A stretch of 63,998 nt of DNA, counting the filler, from Stramenopiles sp. TOSAG23-2 (lineage: Eukaryota): NCBI GenBank assembly GCA_900128395.1. It is 5 parts of 5 records of this genome, joined end to end, with 100 filler letters (N's around TTAATTAATTAA, not from the genome) between each part and the next. Parts side by side here need not be neighbours in the genome. Positions count along the whole stretch, not along the records: positions 1 to 13,189 come from LT649818.1; 4 more parts are not named here. One strand, 5' to 3'. The notes under the pieces are model-generated. The model was not told the origin of the DNA, did not search any database, and saw only the letters and a program-made list of their open reading frames with translations. Below, in pieces: positions 1 through 9,965 of this stretch (positions are counted from its first letter, which is position 1; each line of letters begins with the position of its first letter). A program made the position numbers and the translations under genes.

Positions 1-115
1 CCCTTGGTGTAGTTACACGTGTTGCTGCTGATGTGAATGTTCTACTTGCTTGTACACCATTTGTAATATTTTTGATTTGTTTGGTGAACAATGACGTGAT
101 CAATTTGTTATTCAT
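1..115 (-). CDS. 5' end of a gene running off the window; N-terminus resembles a mitochondrial presequence
   Basis: ATG at 115 opens MNNKLITSLFTKQIKNITNGVQASRTFTSAATRVTTPR with no stop to the edge; rich in R/K/S/T, no acidic residues. Confidence 0.55.
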   Translation of the reverse strand, partial: MNNKLITSLFTKQIKNITNGVQASRTFTSAATRVTTPR

Positions 116-703
116 GTTGTTGTAAAATGTTGTAAAATGTTTTATTAACGGATATACGTAGTATTGATATGATCTTTCTCTTACACTTTCCTGTCTATTT
201 TGTGTAAGTATATCGTACCTCCTGATTCAATCAATTTTATCAATATGTACATATATATATACAGCTATTAATAGTACTTAGTAGTAATATGTACTTGATG
301 ATGCGTCAATGCGTTTTATTACGTTCTTCTTGTGGCTGAATTGAAATGGAGGAGGTTTAAGGTGGTTTATAGGTTATATATAGCACTATGTATAGCACTA
401 TAGCTGCGTTCTTTTCCTTAAATATACCAAATACGTATACTACATACTAAGACAAATCTCCTATTTATAATAATGAATAAATATACTTTTGCAACACATG
501 CAACATGCAATATTATATAGTCGTCTATATAGGTCCTATAGACTTTTCATACAAATACCATCACATTTCTTGTTTATTATAGTTTAGAAGATTATATAGT
601 CGTCTTTTAACCTCTCTCTAGCCTCTCTCTAGTATTGAAAGTATATTACCAGTATACTATATAATCTATACTCTCCCTTGAAAATATTATATTCGTCTAC
701 ACT

Positions 704-2167
704 TTAAATTTGTTGTACTTGCATTCGTTGCTGCTGTTGAAACTGCTGCATCTGAACTTGTTGCATTTGTTGTACTTGCATTGGTTGTTGCTGCTGATAT
801 TGCACTTGCATTGATGGTTGTTGCTGCTGATATTGCACTTGCACTGGTTGTTGCGGTTGCTGTTGATTCTTCACATTTTCTTGCAGAGAAGAATCTCCAA
901 CTTTTTTGTTTACTCCACGTTTTACAAGTATACCACATGTCGCTTTGCAACATGCACTGATACTTCCTGCTACGCCAATTATTACACCTATTATTACGCC
1001 TAGGTTTACTTCTTGCTCTTCAACATATTCACAATACTTTGGTGCACACGCTTTATGGTATTTTTCCATATCAATACCAGTTTCAACTTCTTTCAAGAAA
1101 AAATAAGTTGTTGCATCAAACATATGCTGATACCTTTTTGTAGATTCGAACCATGCTTTAGGCAACTTTATTCCATTATTATTAGCAAGAGCTTCAAAAT
1201 GTGCGCAATAGGTTTTCCATGGGTCTTGGACTAAATCTTTGCAAGATTTATAAAATTTGGCAGCAGATGTAAAGGATCTATACATAAAATCCTCATACTT
1301 GTCGCTGCCAAAATATTGCATATGCGCTGGATTTGGTGTGTGGCCGTCATACAAAATTTCGGGACCAAGTATCCCACTTTTTTCTGGGACAGCATAATAT
1401 GGTGTATTAACGTCTACATCTTCAAATGCATCTTTGGCTGCATTTACTTTCATAATCCTAAAAGGTAAGTTCATTCTTCCAAAGCCAAAACTTGCTGTAA
1501 GACTGGTAAATGTTGCCCCAAATTGAACAATGAACTGAGATTCAAGACCTGAATCCAATATTTTTTGCAAATCTCCTTGTTTCATGAATGCAGGGCTGGA
1601 TACAGTTTTGAACAAAGCACCTCTTTGTAATCCAATTAGTGTTACGTGCGCTGAATAACACAATCCTTTGATTTCATTCATCGCATAAGCGTATTCAGCT
1701 TTTCTTAATTGGATATTTTCGAAATATGGTTCATCTTCTGCAATTCCCTCGGGACACAGATCTCCCGCAGCTTGTATCGCTGCTCTAGCTTTTCCTATGC
1801 ACGTCTCCCAGTTGTATTTTTCCATAATATGGGGACAAAATGAATATTGTTCCATTTTTATATTTGCAAAGTCGTTTAATACAGGTTCAGGATTTGAGCA
1901 TATACATCTTACGTTTTTTTTTTTTGGGTCCTGTTTCAACTCTTCAATCTTTTCCGTTGGCACTGGTTTCGCCGAGGTATCAGACATATCATAATCTGGC
2001 GGATATATTTTCGATACATATCCACCACGTTCATTGGGTAGTGATATTACAACGATCCATACTATTAAACCAAGAGCAAATCCAAGAATGTATAAAGTAG
2101 TATAAAATTTACCTTTCTTTACAATTTCTGTCTCTTTTCTTTGTTGATAAATTGGATATAAATTCAT
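704..2167 (-). CDS. Two-TM membrane protein with a large Cys-rich ectodomain and poly-Q tail (DEG/ENaC- or P2X-like topology)
   Basis: Likely ATG at 2167 (MNLYP); TM1 FYTTLYILGFALGLIVWIVVISL; ectodomain CxCS...C...LC; YHKACAPKYCEY followed by TM2 LGVIIGVIIGVAGSIS. Confidence 0.6.
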   Translation of the reverse strand: MNLYPIYQQRKETEIVKKGKFYTTLYILGFALGLIVWIVVISLPNERGGYVSKIYPPDYDMSDTSAKPVPTEKIEELKQDPKKKNVRCICSNPEPVLNDFANIKMEQYSFCPHIMEKYNWETCIGKARAAIQAAGDLCPEGIAEDEPYFENIQLRKAEYAYAMNEIKGLCYSAHVTLIGLQRGALFKTVSSPAFMKQGDLQKILDSGLESQFIVQFGATFTSLTASFGFGRMNLPFRIMKVNAAKDAFEDVDVNTPYYAVPEKSGILGPEILYDGHTPNPAHMQYFGSDKYEDFMYRSFTSAAKFYKSCKDLVQDPWKTYCAHFEALANNNGIKLPKAWFESTKRYQHMFDATTYFFLKEVETGIDMEKYHKACAPKYCEYVEEQEVNLGVIIGVIIGVAGSISACCKATCGILVKRGVNKKVGDSSLQENVKNQQQPQQPVQVQYQQQQPSMQVQYQQQQPMQVQQMQQVQMQQFQQQQRMQVQQI

Positions 2168-2511
2168 GATAACAACAAATATGGAATCTGAATGTAGAAT
2201 AAATTTTGACAGATGTTCTATTGCGTGTACAAAGGATAGCAAACGTTTCAATACCTGATAGTTTTTCTGTTATACATCTATTTAAAATAATAATATATTA
2301 ATATAAAAAAAAAGCTGACGTTAGACGACTAATATTATATATATTATTATTATATTAGTCTGCGTCGATATGTGTGAAAAAAATAAACGTTAATAAAATG
2401 TGGTACAAAATAACGTACTACTATATTATAGTCGAGCTTGCTCGACGCTTCTTCGCGAAGAAGATTATATAATACCCAAAAAAAAACTGGCAAAAGGAAA
2501 AAACAAAGCTG

Positions 2512-2594
2512 TGGAAAGCTGGAAAGCTGGAAAGCCTGGAAAGCCTGGAAAGCTGGAAAGCCAGAAAGCCTGGAAAGCCAGAAGAAAGCTGGAA
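2512..2594 (+). repeat. GGAAAGC(C)T minisatellite, about 10 units, in a divergent intergenic region
   Basis: ggaaagct/ggaaagcct/gaaagcca units read directly; explains spurious ORF 2400..2597. Confidence 0.85.
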
Positions 2595-3069
2595 TAAACT
2601 AAGAATATCCGATTTTTTGTAATATCCAATACATCCCTATCAAATATGCATATATTAGTATACTAAATTAGTACTTAAATTAACGCCATTTTGATTTTTT
2701 TTTTAAGCACAGTCAGCTGATCTAGCAGAGCACAGCACTAATGATCCCAGCACAGCACAGCACCACAAACATCTCCTGATCCCAGCACAGCACTACAAAC
2801 CTCTCCTCAGCTCATCCCTTTGAGACGATGCGCGTGCTCTAAAATTGGATTTAATATGGGAATACCATTGCAACCATCAATCACAAATAACATTTTCTTC
2901 ATTTTCTCCAATAGTAAATGGTGTTAATATATATATATATACATATACTCAAGTACATGTACAGTGTGTGAAACATCCATTATATCGATAGAAAACATCC
3001 AAGAACATCTACACAAGAGACAGAGTCCATAATATATATCTAGAAACACACACAGAGAGATATATAAAG

Positions 3070-4818
3070 ATGAAACAATCGAAATCAATCATATCAATAA
3101 TATTTATATTATCTATCCTATATGTAAATGGATCCATATTATCAAATGTGGAAATAGTGAAAAATGAGAAGAAAATACAAAAAAAGTCTCAGGCAAACCT
3201 ACTAGTTGATGATAACAACAACAACAATAACAACAACATAATCACAAAAACAGTTGAACAAAATAGTAATAGTAACAACAACAACAACGACGTAATCAAC
3301 AATGAGTCCCCAGAAGGAAGAGATACAGCATTTCATTACGTATTTGAATCATGTAAAAGTGATCAATCAAATATGACAGTACAAGTAGATAAATTAAATG
3401 GTTCAAACGGTATACCATCTTGGGTACGTGCAACTAAGTTTAATAATGGTTTTGGTAAATTTGAAGGGGAAGATTTTCAATTTAACTATTTATTTGATGT
3501 CATGGCATACATCGTGAAATGGCAAATAGTTGGAAATACGGTAACATTTGCAAATAAATTTATTCAATCGGAATATTTTCAAATTGCAGAAAAATCAACA
3601 CCAACATATCGTACATTTGGTGGTGTGAAACCACCTATGACGACAAAAGAAAAAATTCAAACATTAGCACATTTAGTTTCTGATAATTTAAACGTCAATG
3701 TACAACGTTTTGGTAATCGATTATTAGCCATATCCGATATGTCTGGTGAGATGGAAATCGATCCAGATACATTAGATACACGCGGTTTGTTGAAATGGAA
3801 TGATACGATTACGGATAAATTTACTATGATAACATGTGCACACCCAAGTCAATTAGCTGGTGAAAAATATGTTTACAATTATCATGTACATTTATTTAGT
3901 AATTTTCCACATCTTGGAAAATTAGATACATTTGAATTGTACCGTATCGATACGAGTCAAGGGGATACGTTAACGCGGGAAGTGATTTTAAAATTACCAA
4001 TCTCCAATGGATATACACCATATATGCATTCATTTGCACATACACCAAATTACATTGTCTTTTTCCGTTTTCCATTGATGTGGGATATTATGAAAATACC
4101 ATTTGCAGTTAATATCTTACCGGCAATGGTATGGAAACCAGATGATCAAACGTTAGTACATGTGATTGATTTAAAAACACAACAAATAGTACAAAATTAT
4201 ACGATGGATCCGTTCTTTGCATATCATCATATCAATGCATTTGAAAATAAAAATGGAGATGTAGTTGTTGATATTACTACCGTTCCATGTGAAGGTAGTG
4301 ATGGTGCAGCAGCATGTAAACATATGAATTCATTTGAATTGGAGACATTAAGAAACAATAGTTATAAAATACCAAAAAATACATTAAAACGATTTATTGT
4401 TCCAGTAAAATCAGGTGGTGGAAAAATTATTGATGGTACAAAAAGTTTAAAAGTCCAAACAAGTTTTGATTTACCGCATGTAAATAAATTTTATAAAGGA
4501 AAACCATATCGTTATATCTATGGTACCGGTGATCAAGGTGATGGTGTATGGTGGAATACATTAATAAAAATTGATACAGAAACTGGTGAAACAAAAGAAT
4601 GGTATAAACCAAATCATTTTCCAACTGAACCAGATTTTCTACCAGCACCAGGTGCAACGTCAGAGGATGATGGTGTCTTAGTCTCCAATGTATTAAGTGG
4701 TGATTTAAATACTAGTTATTTATTAGTATTAAATGCAACGACGATGGAACCATTAGCACGTGCATTGGCACCACATTATTTACCATATGTTAGCCATGGT
4801 TTTGCATGCATGGATTGA
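3070..4818 (+). CDS. Carotenoid cleavage oxygenase (RPE65/BCO family) with N-terminal signal peptide
   Basis: Four Fe-binding His motifs: TCAHP, YMHSF, AYHHIN, VSHGF; EPDF..P...EDDGVL motif; hydrophobic N-terminus SIISIIFILSILYVNG. Confidence 0.9.
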   Translation: MKQSKSIISIIFILSILYVNGSILSNVEIVKNEKKIQKKSQANLLVDDNNNNNNNNIITKTVEQNSNSNNNNNDVINNESPEGRDTAFHYVFESCKSDQSNMTVQVDKLNGSNGIPSWVRATKFNNGFGKFEGEDFQFNYLFDVMAYIVKWQIVGNTVTFANKFIQSEYFQIAEKSTPTYRTFGGVKPPMTTKEKIQTLAHLVSDNLNVNVQRFGNRLLAISDMSGEMEIDPDTLDTRGLLKWNDTITDKFTMITCAHPSQLAGEKYVYNYHVHLFSNFPHLGKLDTFELYRIDTSQGDTLTREVILKLPISNGYTPYMHSFAHTPNYIVFFRFPLMWDIMKIPFAVNILPAMVWKPDDQTLVHVIDLKTQQIVQNYTMDPFFAYHHINAFENKNGDVVVDITTVPCEGSDGAAACKHMNSFELETLRNNSYKIPKNTLKRFIVPVKSGGGKIIDGTKSLKVQTSFDLPHVNKFYKGKPYRYIYGTGDQGDGVWWNTLIKIDTETGETKEWYKPNHFPTEPDFLPAPGATSEDDGVLVSNVLSGDLNTSYLLVLNATTMEPLARALAPHYLPYVSHGFACMD

Positions 4819-5404
4819 GTATGTATAAAGAGAGTCACACACGGTGGTGTATAGAGCCGCTGCAGCGCAGAGAGAGAGAGAGAGAGGGTGGTGACATACA
4901 TGTGGATCAGATTAAAAATAATATAAAATTATAGGAAAATAACCAACAATCAACCAATCAAGGTATATAACGTCGCACAATATATTTTGTGAAGAATGTT
5001 CTCCCCATGGAATATACATGAAGACGTGGAAAGAGGGATAGATAAATATCAACATAATAAACAAAAAATAATAAAAATAATTAAATAAATTAAAAACTAT
5101 TCATATAGGAACATTTATTATATTTATACTTATTAGTATACATCAAAAATATCGCCTCTCACATCACAAAATATATATATATAAATAATTGATTGAACAA
5201 AATAATGAATGATTGATTACATGCGGAAGAGTGTAAATAGAAAGAAATACGAAGAGAGTGAGTGGAAAAGAAAAGAAGATATATATATATATATATATGT
5301 ATATAACGAAAAAGGAAGCAATTAATAATATTTAATATAAAAAAGTTAAACGAAATATATATATTCTCGTCGTTATATATATATAATATAAACGGATAAT
5401 AAGC

Positions 5405-5917
5405 ATGTCGATACAAGCGAAATCGGGAAAGATAGGAATACCAGTCGTATTATTACATGAAAGTGAAGCATTGTTAATTACGGTGGAAATGAAAACAGGT
5501 GATGTTGCAAGAGGTTGGTTAATGAAAGCGGAAGATTGTTGGAATGTAAAATTAAAAGATGTTACATTGACAAATAGTGAAGGAAACGAGCGACGATTGA
5601 AAACATTATATATACGTGGCGATCGTATTAATTTTATTGTATTGCCAGAAATTCTAGGCGAATCACCTATGTTTTATAGGTTACAAGAATTTAAGAAATC
5701 AAAAGGTAGAAAAGGTGGTAATCCAAAAGGTTTAAGTCAAGGTAAAAAAATATTATTATTAAAACAAAGACAACGAGAACGAGAAGCAGCAAATCAACAA
5801 TTCATGCAACAACATAATTATAATAATAATAATAATAATAATAGACAAGGAGGTGGTGGAATGGGTAATAATAATAATAATAATAATAATAATCAAATGG
5901 GTGGTTATAATAGGTGA
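5405..5917 (+). CDS. SNRPD3: Small nuclear ribonucleoprotein Sm D3-like
   Basis: GIPVVLLHESE...VEMKTGD.ARG.L..AED.WN...YIRGD.I.FIVLPEIL..SPMF is the SmD3 pattern. Confidence 0.85.
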   Translation: MSIQAKSGKIGIPVVLLHESEALLITVEMKTGDVARGWLMKAEDCWNVKLKDVTLTNSEGNERRLKTLYIRGDRINFIVLPEILGESPMFYRLQEFKKSKGRKGGNPKGLSQGKKILLLKQRQREREAANQQFMQQHNYNNNNNNNRQGGGGMGNNNNNNNNNQMGGYNR

Positions 5918-6028
5918 TGATGTGTGTGTGTGTGTGTGTGTGCGTGTGTTAAAGAAGTGTGTATATACTCGAGATTTACTAATTTTATTGTAAAATATAT
6001 TTTTAATATTAAAATTTTATAAAACAAA

Positions 6029-6165
6029 CTAAGCTTTTTGGCTACTACATTGTCGTGTTGGTTCTTTACTATTCATACGTTCCATGCATTTAATGACATG
6101 ATGTGTGATCCATTGTTCCGTACCTTTTACATGACAAATAAAACATTCTGCTTCTTGACTTTTAT

Positions 6166-6203
<38 letters not shown>

Positions 6204-7864
6204 TTGGAGGATGATGCATTCTTATTATCATTTAATACACCAACGATTGATCGTTGTTTTTTCTTTCTTTTCTTTGTTGATGATGATGTATTTTTCTTTT
6301 TTGAAGAAATATTTTTATTTGTTGCTTTACCATTACTACTGTTATTAGTCGTCGTTTCCATTACATTTCTAGAACGTTTTTTATTGTTATTACTAGTAGT
6401 AGTACTTTTACGTTTTGAATTTGATTTTTTATTAGTATTATCAAAATCATCATCATCGTCATCATCATCAACTATAATAATTTCATCCGCTGAATTTTCT
6501 TTCTCTACTACATTCTTCTTATTCTTATTCTTATTTTTATTATTCTTCTTTTTATTATCATTCAATGTTGTTGATGGTAAAGGTGGTGACAAATTAACAT
6601 TATTATTATTATTTACAAGATTTGTTCTTTCATTTACATGATTATTATTAATACTGCTACTGCTACTACTACTACTAGGTGAGTGATGAGCAACAATTAA
6701 TTCAGGTTCATCCCATTGACCAATATGTGCAACTGTATTATAATAAAATTTACGTCCTAAACGTTCTGAATATATACTTCGCCATGCATTATTATATTGT
6801 GTTGCATGATCATTATCATTACTATTATTATTATTAGCACTCCCACCATTATTATTGTTATTACTATCCATCATATTACTCAATGCTTTTTTCTTCATCC
6901 TCATATCACTAACTAATTGATTAAATCCAGCATTTGTTTTAGCAAGCATTTTCTTTGGTGCTTTGGTACTTTTTTTCATAATTTGCTCTTGTCGTATTTT
7001 AGATTTTTCCTCATTTTCAATTTGTTTTCTAATTTTAGATATACTACGTTTAGTACTTGAATCTAATTCTGCATTATATAATTGTTGATATCTTTCCCAA
7101 CGTTTAATCATTACACTTTTATCGCCAGTAGATGATAATCCATTTTTTTTCAATTCTTTACGTAATGCTGGTAATTTCATGGTAGACAATACTTTTGGCG
7201 GAAGACGACTTTCTGGTACAGGACTATTAGATCTTTTTGTTCTTCTTGTTGATGATGGATTATTATTGTTTTGAAAATATGAACTTGATTTGTTATTATT
7301 ATTTGTGTTTGAAGGAACAATTTTAACTTCAAAGTCGTCATCTTCTTTTTCATCATTGTCACTATTACCATCGCTGCTGCTGCTGCTACTACTACTACTA
7401 CTCTCACTGCTACTACTGTCACTGCTGCTGCTGCCACTTGCCTCCTTGTCCTTGTTTATTATTGTTTTCTTGTTTCTCATCTTTTTATATTTCTTTGATT
7501 TTTTTTGCAATTTTAATATTACATCCCTCGCACCAATAGTATCATTATTTTCATCCTCACCACGATAATTTTGTATAATTTTTTCTAATGCAATATTTGG
7601 TACAATATCACTTAAACTAAATTCTTTTGAACAATAACGTAAAGGACATTGATTTTTTTTATGATAATGTCCACGTACACATGTGCTACAAAAACTATGA
7701 TTACAATTCTTCAAGAAGACGGGCACATTCATCAACGAATGACATATTGGACAACGCAATAAATCATCAAAAGCTCGTAAACGCCTTGATTCAAAATCTT
7801 CTGGCGTATCTACCTCACCTGCTTCCTCTTCAAATGCCGCTAAAATCTCTGCTGGAGTTGGCAT
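6029..7864 (-). CDS. RAD18: RAD18-like E3 ubiquitin ligase (RING, SAP, WW, C-terminal UBZ-like finger)
   Basis: LRAFDDLLRCPIC...CNHSFCSTCVR RING; SAP MKLPALRKELKKNGLSSTGDK..MIKRW..Y..LYNAELDS; WW WRSIYSERLGRKFYYNTVAHIGQWDEP; CFIC...HVIKC. Confidence 0.85.
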
Positions 7865-8189
7865 GTTGTTGTTGATGATTATTATTATTATATACTACAC
7901 TTCGTATATATATATATATACCTGTATGATTTCTCGATTCCCTTTGATTTAATTATAATAAATCTATGGTTAACTTCAATGATAATGTAACAGAATCTTA
8001 AATATTTATATATATATATAAATCGATCTTCTTTCTCGAAACTATTTTCACCTTTTCCGACTTTGTCTTGTATTAAATTCATTTTTCAAAATAAAAAAAT
8101 CGATTATATAGGAGGTGTTAGGAATTAGGGTTAAAAAATCGATTTATAGTAAGTGTTAGGAATTAGGGTTAAAAATCCTATATGGGGAG

Positions 8190-8573
8190 TTAAGAATTAG
8201 GGTTATATTTGCGACAGTATTCACCTGCTACTAGCATATTTGATAGGTATATTATAGTATTTAATATATAATAAGTACGAAGTGGACCACCGGCAAATAA
8301 TATACCTCTATAGCAGGGGAATACGATGCACCAGGTTTTTGAACAACATTATGGATATGGACGAAAATTCGATCCATTTAACACTAATAACAATGAATGG
8401 TACGCACTTTAAGAATTAGGGTTATCTTTGCGACAGTGCGACAGTATTCATCTGCTACTAGCATATTTGATAGGTATATTATAGTATTTAATATATAATA
8501 AGTACGAAGTGGACAAATAAATAAATACCTCTATAGCAGGGGAATACGATGCACCAGGTTTTTGAACAACATT
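8190..8573 (+). repeat. Imperfect direct repeat of ~160 bp (8190-8350 / 8409-8573)
   Basis: ttaagaattagggttat...gcaccaggtttttgaacaacatt occurs twice with small indels. Confidence 0.9.
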
Positions 8574-8783
8574 TGCGAACCAACACTCAAAAAATGACAA
8601 GGCGGGCAAAAGCTCTTTTTAAAACACCACACCAAAGTATCTCCATATTATTATTAGAACACGACTTGTAAATATATATACATATACATATACATATAGC
8701 TAATAAAAAGATGAAATAAAAATATACCAAGAGAAACGAAAACATAATTAATTTAAGAAAAACGATTACTTACAAATTTGATT

Positions 8784-9659
8784 ATGGCAACTTTAGCAAA
8801 CAACAACAACAATAATAATAACTTGCAGTTATTAAATGAGGAACCAGAACGTGTTGCTGGGTTCACATTACGCGAGCAGCAGATGTTTCTCATCTTGCAA
8901 ATGCTTCGAAACAATGACATTGATGCACCGCAACAAGGGCCGTTGACATCATTGCCTAGTGTATTCTCAATCTCACGACCAATGCATTATAACGGTGGGT
9001 ACAGACCCGGGAGAGGGTTTTATGCTCATTTTAGAACAATAAAGGCAATTGTTCCGTGGGCTGCGTTATATGTTTGCGAGAGTTTCGACCAAGTTCCAAG
9101 ATTAAGAAGACCAAATGGAGGAAATATCAACAGATCACCATTTAATATTCAATTTTATGAACATCGGAATAATGTTCAAATGTCACCTGAATTCGAGCAA
9201 TTAAATCTTCGACCACCTGCAGCCAATTGGGTGCTACCATGCGGTAGATACAATTTGCCAGGAAGCGTAAAGACAAAAATTTATGAAACAGTCGAAGGTT
9301 TTTTTGATTATCAACAATTCCAATTAGATTTTGTTGCTGGTAATAACAATAACAATAATAATCCAACTGGGTGCTATAATCGTACTGTTGATGCAGTTGA
9401 TGGTCAAGTTACTCACCATTGGTGTCCACGCTTTGTTATTGTTATAAGCAAACCGGACGGTCGTCATTTAGCATTAGTATTTAAAATAGATTGGTATTGT
9501 AGACCACGTGCGCGACGCGGATTAGCGCCATTATTTCCAGATGATACTATCAATGTAACCATGAGACGATTTTTATTGCCACCACACTTTGTGATGCAAG
9601 AACAAGAAGATCTTTCTTCAGATATTATTAACCAAATGCAACGATTAGGTATAGATTAA
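8784..9659 (+). CDS. Hypothetical protein (orphan, beta-rich core)
   Basis: 291-codon ORF from ATG 8784 with coding-like composition; no motif recognised. Confidence 0.7.
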   Translation: MATLANNNNNNNNLQLLNEEPERVAGFTLREQQMFLILQMLRNNDIDAPQQGPLTSLPSVFSISRPMHYNGGYRPGRGFYAHFRTIKAIVPWAALYVCESFDQVPRLRRPNGGNINRSPFNIQFYEHRNNVQMSPEFEQLNLRPPAANWVLPCGRYNLPGSVKTKIYETVEGFFDYQQFQLDFVAGNNNNNNNPTGCYNRTVDAVDGQVTHHWCPRFVIVISKPDGRHLALVFKIDWYCRPRARRGLAPLFPDDTINVTMRRFLLPPHFVMQEQEDLSSDIINQMQRLGID

Positions 9660-9965
9660 AACAGAGAGATTGTTTTGAGTCTTAGCCACTTATATTTGGT
9701 GAATATGTGCAAATCAAATATATTTGAAATGGTGGAACGTGCATAGAGTATTTTATAAATTTATCCTGAACATAATTATATTAAAAATAATTTTATTAAA
9801 TAATTTTATCTCAACAAATTTTTATTAGGTTTTTTTTTACGTCGTATTTTTTAAAATAAAATTTTACAACACATTCAAATCTCTCATATATATCTCATGC
9901 CTCAATCTCTAATCTCTCTCTCTCTCCTTCTTGAGAAAATATTTTACAAGATAAACAAAAGTTAT

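Noticed and set aside
8114..8205. Telomere or subtelomere
   Set aside because: Only isolated TTAGGG units in mid-contig; no tandem array.
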